Assembly: GCA_010909165.1 (NCBI GenBank)
Contig: VJWM01000068.1
Span: forward strand, 1,240,001-1,304,000
DNA: 64,000 bases
DNA from: Anthoceros angustus
Lineage: Eukaryota; Plantae; Anthocerotophyta
Direction of reading: 5' to 3'
The notes under the pieces are model-generated. The model made no database searches. It saw only the letters and a list, made by a program, of their open reading frames with translations, and had not been told where the DNA came from. The number at the start of each line of letters is the position of its first letter. Position 1 is the first letter of the stretch. The translations under genes were made by a program, and so were the position numbers. Shown here piece after piece: positions 23,941 to 35,700 of the stretch.

Positions 23941-26420
23941 ATGATGAGCTACGTCTGGCTTTGACCAGTTGGAATACATACATGGCGGGTTAGATTAGGA
24001 TATGTGGGGTATATGCTGTCAACAGACTATCCGGTACCATCTTCGCTCCGTGTGCTCTTGCCTTTGGTACTCGAGGCGGAGTGAGTTCCTGCGTCACCGT
24101 GCGGGATTAATTGGTGGTAGAGGATGTGTTTAGGCTCGGTGACTCCGCCACAGCTTGATGGAGTGCGGAGGGGCGGACTTGAGCTCGGGAGGTGCTCGCG
24201 GGTGAATTCTCGGGTCGAGACTAACAGGCTCTTGGAGCGGAGGGCTGGAGTTCTGGCTGCGAAGTCCTTCTCTGAGCGTAGGCGGTGGGAGGGATTAGGG
24301 GGCGCTTGGGGTGTCTGCCCGGAAGCCATCCTTGGAGGCTCTGGAGCAGGCTGTGGAGTTGCAGTGTGAAGCCACTTCTCTGAGCGTGGCGGTGAGGAGG
24401 ATTAGGCGCTTGGGGACTGGGGCGGAAGCCATCCTTGGAGGCTGGGGCATGTGAGGTTCTGTTCAAAGCTACTTCTCCATGAGCGTGGGTAGGAAGGGCA
24501 AAGCGGCTGGTGTGAATACATCGTGTTGGTGTTGTGACTACCGGTGGTGATGGACAGAGAGGAGGTCGCGTTGCGGCGTGTGTTGGGGTGGAGTTGTGGC
24601 GGGCCAGTTGAGGGGCGCTAGTCGTGGTGAAGCGGAGGCAGCGTCGCTAAACTGTTCGGTGTCCGACAGGCGGGGTTTGTGGGAAGGTCGGTGGGCGTGG
24701 TCCAAACGAGTTGTGGAGGCCACACTTAGGGTTGTGGGCGGGACCCAACATGATGAAGTCCGTTCGGCGGTGGCGTCTCGAGCGAATAAGCGAGACCATT
24801 CCCAGGAGCGGACTCCTTCCTACAACGACACGGGATTGTCTTGGTGCCGTCCGCGCCACATTTTGCGCCGTTCTTGGGGAATAGTGTTGTGGTGCTGAGT
24901 TAGTAGATATGAGTAGGCAGTGCGCTGCGGTGTGGATGGGTGTAATGGTCGGGCGGTTGTGGAGTATATAGAAGTGAGAATATGCAGGGGCCGGGACGTG
25001 TGCGAATCTAGCGGGAGGCCCTCAAAGGGAGAAAGAAGATGGGCACAGGCGGGAGGGCGGCACATCAACCTCGGAGGAGGCGACTCATCCTCAGCGGAGG
25101 ATGAATCTTGGTAAAAAGAATCCCAATGTTGGGACTTGTGGCGCGGAGGTAGTAAAAGGCGAGAAGAGTCAGGCGAGGAGGCGGGTGTTGCGGTGGGGCC
25201 ATATGATGAAAGAGTATGTGGAGTGCCATGTCACTCTGGCGGTTGCTTTTTGTTTTGGTCGTTCTTGTTAAGAGGGATAGGAGGAGTTAGCCAATAAGGC
25301 CGTTTGGCGGTTATAAGTGCAATCCTAACCACAGGTCCGTTGGGCGGCGAGCAGTGAATGGTGGGTCAGGTCGACGGGTTCCGGTCGGGGTCGTGAGTGT
25401 GGGTCGAGTCGTTAGTCCGGTCAGTCCCGTGGTTGAGGTCGGTCAAGCCAGTGTGGTCAGGTCAGGTCAAAGTTAGGTGTGGCACGCGGCGTAGTGGTTG
25501 GCATAGTTTGGAGCGGATCTCTTGGAAAGGGCGTGCTGGTGGAAGAAGTCGGGTGCAATGATGAGCTACGTCCTGGCGGTTACTCGACCCGTTAGGTACA
25601 TACATAGGCGGGTTAGATTAGGATATGTGGGGTATATAGGAAGGCTGGCGTCCAAGGCGGCAGACTATCCGGGTACCATCTTGGCTCCGTGTGCTCTTGC
25701 CTTTCGTGCTCGAGGGCCAGTGAGTTCTGCGTCTGCGAGGATTAATTGGTGGTAGAGGATGTGTTTAGCTCGGTGTGCTCCAACACGCTTGATGGGTGCG
25801 GGCAGGGGCGGACTGAGCTCGGGAGGTGCTGGGTGAATTCTCGGGTGAGACTAACCTTGGAGGCTGGAGCGGATGGAGTTGCATGAAGTCACTTCTCTGC
25901 GAGCGTGGGCGGTCGGAGATTAGGCGCTTGGGGTGTCTCGCGGAAGCCATCCTTGGAGGCTCTTTGGAGCATTGTGGAGTTGCAGCTGTGAAATCTGAGC
26001 ATGAAGCGGTCGGAGGGATTGGGAGGCGCTTGGGAAACTGTGGCGGAAGCCATCCTTGAGGCTCTTGGAGCAATGTGGGGTTGCAGTGCAAAGCTACTTC
26101 TCCGAGCGTAGCGGAAGCAAAAGGCGGTGTGAATACATCGTGTTGGTGTTGTGACCTGTGGTGATGGACAAGAGGAGGAGTCGGCGTTAGCGTGTGTGTT
26201 GGGGTGGGTTGTGGGGAGTTGAACTAGGCGCTGAAATGCCCGGAGGCAGCGTAAACTTCGGTGTCGGAGAAAGTGAGGGTTTGTGGGAAGGTCCGTGGGC
26301 TCAAATGTCCGACGAGTTGTGGAGGCCACACACTTGGGGTTGTAGCCGACCCAACATGATGAAGTCGTTGAGGTGGGGCTGCTTTCAGCAATAAGCGATA
26401 TTCCCTTGAGCGACTCCTTC
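23941..26420. repeat. Diverged direct duplication (23941-24820 vs 25559-26420, offset about 1.62 kb) with internal GGAAGCCATCCTTGGAGGCT subrepeats
   Basis: Both copies start ATGATGAGCTACGTC and share GGCGGGTTAGATTAGGATATGTGGGGTATAT. G/T-skewed sequence. Confidence 0.85.
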
Positions 26421-26429
26421 GACAGGTTG

Positions 26430-27431
26430 TGCGGCACTCCGATGGTTGTTTCGCCTCAAGACTCCCATAGGGCGCGGCATGCGATGGCGCCCTCCCAAAC
26501 GCATCTGGCCTTGCCTCAAGCGGTAGGTCCCAGTGGGGCCGGAGGCGCCCCTCTCAAACCACATCAAAATCGCTTCCTGGAGCCCTCAAACCCGTTTGAA
26601 TCTATGACTCGGTGGAGATACACTCTCACCATCTCGAAAGAGGCCTGTGGCCATTGCACACAGGTCGGCCAGCTCAACCTCGCGATGAATCACCGATTGA
26701 GGCGGTATGGAGAAGGATGGGTAATGAGAGATGCTCTTTCCACCCCAAAGTGAAACATTTGTAGCGAGCGATGTGTGGATTCGGTGATTCAAAAAGGCAT
26801 GTGGGGTTCCATTGTCCAAAAGCGATAGCGGTAGTAAGATGGACTTTGGAAACCATCTTTGCAACAAGCTCGTGTGCAAACTACGTGCAAGGCAAACTTG
26901 CAAGAGCATGATATCGTTATCGAGGATGGGGAGGCGGAGCAAGAAGCGTTTTTTCAACTAGTGGATGTGGACATCGCGAAACCTAAGGAGAAGGTCATCA
27001 CACATATCATGGGGCTGGGCGCATTCGTGTTGTTTGCAAGCGGAGAGTTCTTGCATAGGTTCCAGCGGTATGAGGAGTTGAAGGCGGTATTGTGCAATGC
27101 TCCATGGGGCGGAGCAGGAATCCTCGGCAACCCTGTCGCATGCAGGGAGGCTGGCATGGATGGATTCCACTTTTCAATTCATGTCGGAAAGGCGCGAGCG
27201 TCGATGTTTTCACATGCGATACATTTTCCAAGTTGGAAATATGGGCCCGATCTGCGACGGGATATGGCACGGTCCTCCATGAAGTTCGTCTCCTGTATGT
27301 TCTTAACCCTGGAGAAACAACTTTCCGAAGGTCCGGATACCAAAATCAAACAGGTTTTCTACTTGTTCTCTGCGCGAGGCCTCAAGCGCACTATTCGCAA
27401 CACATCGGCGGATCAAGGTTTGTTCCTTTAA
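26430..27431 (+). pseudogene. Unassigned coding remnant inside the TIR transposon
   Basis: A 190-aa open frame (26859..27431) plus upstream coding-like frames; no family recognised. Confidence 0.35.
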
Positions 27432-27559
27432 TCACAAGGCGAATCAAGGGAAATTCGAATCTTGTTCGTTGACATGTTGCCGGCATGGTAGGGACCGTGT
27501 TTATCCAATCGGTTTTATGTGTGTCATGCCACACAGTTGATAACATGTGGTAGCACGCC

Positions 27560-28200
27560 GTGCTTATGGCGGTGGCGTCATGGCGCTGTCGTGCATGATG
27601 TTTGGAGGAAGGCGCGGCATGCGGTGCCTATGTAACCATAGCTCGTTCTCCGGCATGCGCGCAATATGGTTACAGGCGCCCGCGCCATAGATATGGTTAC
27701 ATAGCGGCATGCTATGCTCTCGGTTACATCGGTGCGGCATCTGCATATACTCCTGCAGGTGCGGCATGCGGCGCCTATGTAGTGCGGAGGCCGGCGCGCC
27801 TGTATAGCTCAGGTGCGGGCGGCATGCGCCATGCGCAGGCGGAGGCGGCATGCCTGCCTATGTCATACTGCGTGCGGGCGCATGGCGCTGTTCTTAGTGC
27901 GGGCGGCATGCGCATGCGTGCTGCTCCTATTACATACGCGACGGCATGGCGCCTATGTTCATACCAGTTTTTGAGCACCGTCATGACCCACCTATGTCGG
28001 TTATGCGGTGGCATGCGGCTATGTCCATACATCGGTTTTATGCAGCGCATGACCCGACCTATGCTTGAATATATGTCGGCCGCATGGCGCCTATGGGCAT
28101 ATATTGTTCCCCATGGGTATAGTGCATGATGCGCAATACATGGTCGCCATACATCCGGTGCCTTCACGCCTTAGTCCTTGCATGCGGTGGGTTGTGCTCA
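27560..28200. repeat. Degenerate GCGGCATGCGGCGCCTATG-type repeat array
   Basis: Many GGCATG(C/G) and (G)CCTATG units directly upstream of the transposase remnant. Confidence 0.75.
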
Positions 28201-28319
28201 CGTATGCTGGTGTGCCCGTACTCATGTAGGAGTTTTGGTCAAATGTGGTGGAGGTCGTTGTGCAATACTCCTTGTTTTGACATGTGCATATTTTTCGGTT
28301 GTGAGGTATATGAAGGGCA

Positions 28320-29300
28320 CTGGCGTCTCATCGACTACGTCTGAGCAGGACAAAGGAGCATCGCTCTAAAAGTTATGCTCAACCTCACAAGTACATGCTT
28401 ACGGCTATCGACGGTATGGACCAAGAAGAAAATGCCCCATTTTATTCGATACCCAAAAGATTTAGCGGATAGTTCACTTATTAATGTTCATGTAGTTGTA
28501 TGGTGCATAATTACACTTTCAAGGCGAGGCGTATTTGCATTATGCCAATTTGGAATGACGAATCTAACTATCAACATAATTCAAGATGTCATATTTTCAT
28601 ATGAAGGGTGCTTCCAAAGTGCTTTATCTCCGACTTGACAATACATGCGGGAGAACAAAAATCAGTTGTTATTCGCATACCTAAATATGCTCGTTGACCT
28701 TCAAGTGTTTGTGAAAGTCAAGGTTGGTTTCCTTGGTTGGTCACACACATGATCGTAGATCAAATGTTTTCTTGTTTCTCAAGCTTCGAGACACAAAGAG
28801 GCTTTTACAATAGATACCTGGCGGACATTCGTGACATTCACTCCAAAGCGGAGTGAAGATTATAGCGAGTAGCGGACTTTCGTTCATATGTATGCCGATC
28901 GGAAAGGAGCAAGAGGATATGCATACAAGGCGGTGAAGCTGAACAACCTTTCCTTCCATCGGTTCAAAATCACACGGGAAGAGCAGCAGGCCGTAGCCAC
29001 GCATTCTTGTTATTCCACTTCACAGGAATCGGAAGATGGTTTAGAATTTTTGAACTTCGTTCCCACCATTGCAGTTGGTCGGCTCCGCTTATGGCTTTGA
29101 AAGCGAAAGACAAAAAGGCGGGATGGTGATTGTCGCCATCGAAGGTGTGAAGCACTTGAAGAATGGGTTATTGAACTTGAGGACATACATACATAGGCGA
29201 GAGAGAGTGTGGTGGAGGTTGTTTTGGATTGATCAAGAGGAATCGCCCTTATTGTGGAGAACAACATAGCTCTTGTGCTAAACGACCATGGAGATGGTAC
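28320..29300 (+). pseudogene. RNase H-fold DDD transposase (Sola1-like), frameshifted
   Basis: Joined frames: KYMLTAIDGMDQ (D at 28410)..MPHFIRYPKD..NLTINII..LPKVLYLRLDNT.RENKNQLLFAYLNMLVDLQVFVKVKVGFL.VGHTHD.VDQMFSCFS (D at 28637; GHTHD at 28739-28753)..HRFKITR. Confidence 0.85.
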
Positions 29301-30692
29301 AATAGAAGGCGGGCGAACCTCCGCTCCAAGTCCCAAGAGGTTGTCCTGAGCATTACTCGAGAGGTACCCCAAGCGATATGTATTTGGGGCATATCGAATA
29401 TTGATGCATATGACAACAAATTGAAAAATGAATGGGGATATCAAGGAGATACGGAAAGGAATGTTCTCCATGTGCAGAGGCAGCACATGAGCTTTTTTAT
29501 TGGGAAGGTGGGACGTGGACTTTGGTGTGAGAAGCCTTAAACATTATGGTCCCAGCAGTGAGCCAAACACAACGATGCGTTTGAAGGAAATATGTTGAAG
29601 AATTTTTGTTAGGGGACGGGCGACGGCAGGACATGGGAAGCGAGGTGGGAAAAAGGATTACCAAAGAACATCCAGCGGTTGTTTGTTGACAAGACTATAA
29701 TCCTCTATTATGGATTCAACTTGAATGGAAGGAAACACTTGTATGCTTGAGATAAGAAGGCCATTCAAAACTAAATCAACCCTTTTACGCAGCGAGGAGG
29801 GCGATAGCGACCGAGTGATGGAGGTCCTATATTGGATGAAGGAATTGAGTGGCGAGGTGAAATTATGCGCGGATGTTTGAAAGAACCATGCGAGAACATG
29901 CCCTTGCAAAATAAGCGAGCATGTTGGTAGTAGATGTTCACAATTATATAGTTCTCTATGGGACTCACCCTATTAATTTGGAGCAGCGCCTACTTTATTC
30001 TTGCCGCTCATTAATACGATGTTATCAATTCAAACCGTGCACAAGCGGACACGAAGCAGTGTCACCCACGCTCTTTGTCGTCTTGTCCCAATGCACGAGG
30101 TTAATTAATATGCCCATGAACTCGGCGGTAAAATGCGATTGTTGCTTCTTGCTATCGCTAACATGGCGAGATGAGAATGGATAGAAGTTCATCTACGTAC
30201 GAGTGCGGGGAGTGGGTGGGCGTAGGCATGCGGCACCGCAAACTCGTGTTTGTATACGACCAGCCACAATAAAATTGCAGGAAAAACATGGCCCCTTGAT
30301 GTTGCGTATTGGCGTGATGCGAGAATACAAGGCCGTACACCTCATCCGTTAAGCTGTGCAAATCATGCTCAACACTTCATGCATATCCATATATTTCCCA
30401 AACCACTCACCATGCGTGTAAAAGTTGCATATTACAAAGCATAAGCAGCCCTCCGCAACCTACATGGACTTAAATATGGGCATGTTTTGCGAGGCAAAAT
30501 TGCATCTTCCAACAAATCCCTTTGTTTGGCCACCCCATGTCATGAACTCATGTTCAAGAACATGTGCCACCCTTTTCCCTCTTACTTTCAAACAAATAGT
30601 CCAAGAAGGGTTTGAGTGCCCATGTTGCCTTGGGTTATTTGTATAAAGTGGGAAAACGCCGCTTCTGTTCTGACGGAAAGAACATTATAGTG

Positions 30693-30870
30693 TTAAAAGT
30701 GCAAGTTTGCGCCTTCAATTGAGTATCTTGACATGAAATTGTGCCAGGAGGAATCATGCCGATTGGCTAAGCTGGAGTGCGGTGATGCCTAGGCCCAAGG
30801 ATGTGGCGGCTAGAGCATTTCTAATAGTGAATTACTACAAGAGATTTATGAAGGACCTCGGTTCTACAAG
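30693..30870 (+). mobile_element. Ty3/gypsy RT continuation after the DNA transposon
   Basis: KCKFAPSIEYL.HEIVPGGIMP..MPRPKDVAA.RAFL..NYYKRFMKDL. Confidence 0.88.
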
Positions 30871-30877
30871 CTATCAT

Positions 30878-32784
30878 CGCCGAGGTAAATTCATGTAAGC
30901 ACTTACGACAAACAACCAAGCAAAACAAATCTAATACGCAAATATAGGTGCAAACCAATAACAGCGAGGGAGTAGCTCATTGGCACAAACATACTCTCCC
31001 ACGAGAACACGCAAATTCCTCACACATCGCTCTGAGTCATAGCTTTGGCCTCCTCACAACACCCTTGCATTGCATATCTAGAGGACAAGCTATGATCTAA
31101 GCTTGTCCTCAATGGAAGGGTCTATATACTAGACCCTTGGCAGCATATTAAGATATCCTATTGGCATGGCGAAATATCCTAAGAATACACTATAATATGC
31201 AACGAAATATGCCAAAGCATATTACTTGAGCTTATCCACTTAGCTATTGCTAACCATCTTTAATTAACACTAATCAATGCTTAACATAAGCACCTTAGAT
31301 TAATTAACACTAATTACTTACTTAAAGATAAGTAATTAGATTAATTAATGCTAATCAAACACTAAACCCAAGTGCAGATTAGTATCACACGGCATGACAG
31401 CCGCGAGGTAAATTCATATAAGCACTCGACCAACAACCAAGCAAATCTAATGTCATATATAGGTGCAAACCAATCCCCCGATAATGTGAGACTCCAAGTC
31501 AAAACATTATCATTAGTAGACTTCTACGTGCACCTCATGTAGTGCATTGTGCACAAAACCAATCTTCCTCGGGAATGTCGTCAAGAGGTGGTTGAACACA
31601 AAACATGTGGTATCCCCTATTGCACCGATCACAAAGAAGCATTACATCATCATCATCGTGTCATAAACCGACACTCCAAGTCTTTGGGTGGGCCACATTA
31701 TGAGGCCGTAGTTGAGGGTCCAAATTGGGTAAGTGGCATGGTGCGTGATTCTTGAGGTGATCCTTCCATCTTGACCATCGGATCCTTGACTCAAGCACTC
31801 CATCTTTGCCTACCATAGCAGATGACTCTGTGGTGGATACCTCCAAGGTGTTGCTGGCTTCCGATGCGGTAGACATAATCTCCAACTTGAACTTGCGCAC
31901 CTTGGGTTTCCATGTCCCTCCTCGTGTGTAAGCATAGCGCAGATTGATCACATGTTGCGCTATGGTTCTCCATTGCCATGGGCATGATCCGAAAAGCTCA
32001 CCCGCCTTTCCGGTCTCGTAGGCAATCATCCATTGCGCCAATCCACTGGTGCTTGTAGCCTTGCTTGCCTCACGTTTGGCAAAATGGTTGTCGCCCATAC
32101 AACAAGTAGTATGGTGAAAAATTGCTCAAAGTGCTTGATTGCTCACCCTGTACCCACTAGGTATGGCATCCCTTCATCCCATGTCTTGGTCATTTGTGAG
32201 ACAATATTTGCAAGGCCGGCAGAAGGTGACCAAGCGTTCACAAGTCCATCGGCTTGAGGATGATCTCTCGGCGTCGTCGATGATCAATCAAGCTCTGTCA
32301 AACAAGTCTTGAAATTCCCCACGAATTCTTTGCCACAGTGGTGAGAACCTCACATGCTCCATATCGACTAGAGGAAGCCAAGAATGCCTTCTTGGTAAGC
32401 GAGAGTCACGCTTGGGTAAGATGGCAACCTCGCACCACTTGCTGAAATGCTCCACCATTAGCATGACATGCTTGTTTCAAGACGCCTCGCATGTCCGCAT
32501 GAGATCCACACTCCACCAGAAGAGTCCTCGATTAAGAGAGTGAAGCACAACATCATTGGTCATGAACCTTGCCTTCACTCTCGACACCCTACATTCTCGC
32601 GACCACCTTTTCCACATCTCCATACATCCTGCCTGGAAGTGTGGGCTCAGCATGTTGTAGGTGCGCTTAGCACCAAAATGCCCTAAGCTCATGCACTGGG
32701 TGATGAGTCTCACCGGTCCTCCGGCTTGGGTACAATTCTATCTCCCGGAATCACGGACATACATTATGTCAGAGGTCAAGCAAA
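30878..32784 (-). mobile_element. Second Ty3/gypsy fragment: integrase (about 31600-32750) plus LTR sequence (about 30878-31475)
   Basis: GHFGAKRTYNML (zinc-binding region), RGLFWWSVDL and VEHFSKWCE. TGATACTAATC terminus at 31387; 30878-30950 is repeated at 31400-31475. Confidence 0.8.
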
Positions 32785-35700
32785 CCTACTAGAAATGGGC
32801 ACCCTATGTTACACTTTATGTTAAGATTTGGACCGGATGTAACACTCATGTTGCAATTTTGGGGTCATGTAACACTTTTGGGCCCCTTGTTACACTTTGG
32901 CTTGGAAACCATACCACGGCCGTTGTTGCAATCATGTTGCAATGGTGTTGCAATTATGTTAAGATGAAGTGAGAGGTGGTTTTGCCATCTCTCAAAATTG
33001 CAACATGATTGCAACATCTAAAGTGTTACAAGAGAGGTCTTGTAACACTTTTGGAGGCTTGGTACCGAACCTCCTCCCCATCCACCATTTTCCTTTTACT
33101 TTTGCCCTATGAAATACCACGTTTTACTTGGTAGTTACCACTGATACGCCCATCAATACGACCACATATAAATACCTGTATCAATACATCCTTCATACTA
33201 TACGCATATCATCTACGGCGATAAATGTACTAGATTATTTTAAGTGCTATACGGCGTATTCTTTCATATAAAAGAAGTTTGTATATCATGCGACACGACG
33301 TATAATCGGTCCATATATTCATGATCGATACTTTGTATTTACTATTTGTAAATATTGACGGCCTTTATACCCCTACTTTGTAGCATACCGCATGCGTTTG
33401 TCCTTCCGTCACCAATAGCCATCGCTTCCCGCCATGGCGCCCAAGAAGATATAGTCCCCACCTATCACCTTAATGTGACGCATCACCATGAGGTTATGCC
33501 CCTACAAGATTGTGCGGAGGAGGTTTGGCGCTCGGCTTATGCTTTTCGCCTCCATGTAAGGCACTTCCTACTGCCATCATGCACCTACAGGAAACTTCCG
33601 CCTCCTGCTCGATTCTAATTTTCTTCTTCCTCCGCTATGCTGAGGCAAGCTTTGCCACTTCCACTTTCCTCCCTCGCACACACGCTGTACATACAAACCA
33701 GCCATCATGAGTTATTCAAATAATGGGTCTCACAACAAAGCGGACCATTTGCCTTACCTTCCCTCCGCCCTCCTCGCTTTTCCGCCTTCTTCCTGGACAT
33801 TTTCCTCTTCCGTCCTTCTTCCGCCGCCGCAGCCCGTGCCTTGTCACCGCCCACCGCCGGTGCCGCCTACTCCTCCTCCCATTTCCTCTTCGCCTCCACC
33901 CTTTATCGCTGGTGGCGGTTTCAACTGGGCTCCACTATGTGTCCATGCTCTCAGATCCGAGGTCGCAAGATATGTGTCTGAAAATTAGGCACATCGCCCT
34001 TCAAGACCGCCTCGCCGGCCCCATGTTATCTGCCCCCACGCCCCGCCTCGCCTCCATCTGCAATCGCCTTTTGCCGATATCAAAGGCACCGCATGATGCC
34101 CTCTAGTCCTCCTTCATTCTCTCTCTCGACATCCGCCTCATGCTAGTTACGCTTTTTGCCCCCGCCCACCATGGGGTGATCCACCGCCGTCTGCCTCCGC
34201 CACCCGCCCTTGTCCCCGCTTTTTTGTCCATAGTGCACAAGTGTGTTTCCTTCCGTGACGGATCGCCTCCGTGCTCCACCACCACTCCCCGCCGCCTCCA
34301 CACCCTTGTTCCCCGCCTCCGCTGCTGCCCTTCTCCGATCCCAACGGCCTCCACCTCCGCATACATGGTTGCCACCGCGTGTCGCACCTCCACCTCTTTT
34401 CTAGTATTTGCTTGCTTCCCACTGACGCACTGCCGCCCGCCTCCATTGACACCATTCCTGTGCATGCAACTTCCACCAACCATCGCGACGGTGGTGTCGC
34501 GGCACCACAATTACGCCCACTGCCACTGCTTCTCCCGCTGCCTCCTCGCATGCCTCCTCATGACCGCTCTGCCTCCACTTCACCGCTACTTGTCCATCGC
34601 CGCCCTTCCAAGTCTCGCAGCATCGCCTCCGGCCTCCTCCCAAGCCCCTTCCGCCATCCGCATTCCTTCTAGCATGACGCCCACGCCGCCACCACGCGGC
34701 ACCCGCTGCCTCCCACCCCTTCCTTCCGCCTAAAGGCCACCATATCGATCCATCTCCAATTCAATGTCATTAAGCAAAATGGTCATTTCTTGTTCTCCTT
34801 GCAATGGCTTGAACCTCCGTGTCTTCATACACTCCACCACTGAGGAACTCGGCATGTAACCCCACTATCGCGGGACCCATGAGGTCATGGAAATTGTCCT
34901 TCAACCTCCCATACGCCGCCTTCTTCCGCGAAACCGCCCATGCCGATTCTCAAACCCCACCCACCAAGACGCCTCCCTTTCCCCATGGGTTTGGACCCAT
35001 CCTGCTTTTGGCTAGCTCTTTGCTGCATTTCAGATTATGGCTCAAACTTCCTGCTTCAACTCCATCCGCCCATGCAAGTGCATCTTCCCACTCTTCATCC
35101 ACCATGCTCGCTTTCTTCCCATGTCCTCCCCTTCCATTTCCTCACCGCAGCCCACACATCGAGAGTTGCGTGTCCGCCATCCGCGAAGTGTCGGTTTATG
35201 CCGAGACCACCTGTGTCTGGAATGCTTACACGGATTTCACTAACTGTGTTTTCCTCTTCTAACGCCGCGCCATCTTGCGCTCCCCAGTTCATTCACAACC
35301 TTCGTCCTCACCAAGATGCTTCGGCCTTTGCTTCGTCACCACAATAGCATCGAGTCCCTTCCCCGCTTCATGTGGTTTTGCATGGCCTTTCACCATTTGA
35401 CCCCATGCTTGTTTATCAAGGCTTTCACCTGCATCGTTGTCCACCGTGACTCGCGCCAAGAAGATTCAGACGCCGCACACCGCCATCACCGCTGTAACAC
35501 CACCCCTTCCGAAATTGCTTGCGCCATTCGCATCAAGTGCGCTCGGCGCCGTCACGCCTCGCCGGCTTGTCCCGGCCTCCACGATTCCCACTTTCCCTTC
35601 GCAATCGCCACCGCCCGACCAAAACTTGCCTCCTTGTCTCCATGCTTGAAACACCGCCAAGATGCTGTGCACCGTGATACCCGCTTGTCCACCATGCGCA

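Larger units (their letters stand above)
21624..30692 (+). mobile_element. 9.07-kb TIR DNA transposon with a Sola-like DDD transposase and DNA methyltransferase cargo
   Basis: Left end CACCATAATGTTCTTTCCGTCGGAA (21624-21648). Right end reverse-complements to CACTATAATGTTCTTTCCGTCAGAA (30668-30692), 23/25 identical. The flanks rejoin into the gypsy RT motif LKAHPK|KCKFA..IEYL.HEI. No clean TSD is readable (A-run on the left, TTAAAAG on the right). Confidence 0.9.

Noticed and set aside
26640-27170. ParB-like domain (weak QV.QL and GNH-like strings)
   Set aside because: Requires several assumed frameshifts; not supportable without a profile search.
23941-28200. Possible CRISPR-like arrays
   Set aside because: Repeats are degenerate, lack unique constant-length spacers and have no cas-like ORFs; the context is eukaryotic.
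29900-30350. Ulp1-like protease after the transposase
   Set aside because: Only a vague N....CDC string; no convincing HW or catalytic triad.
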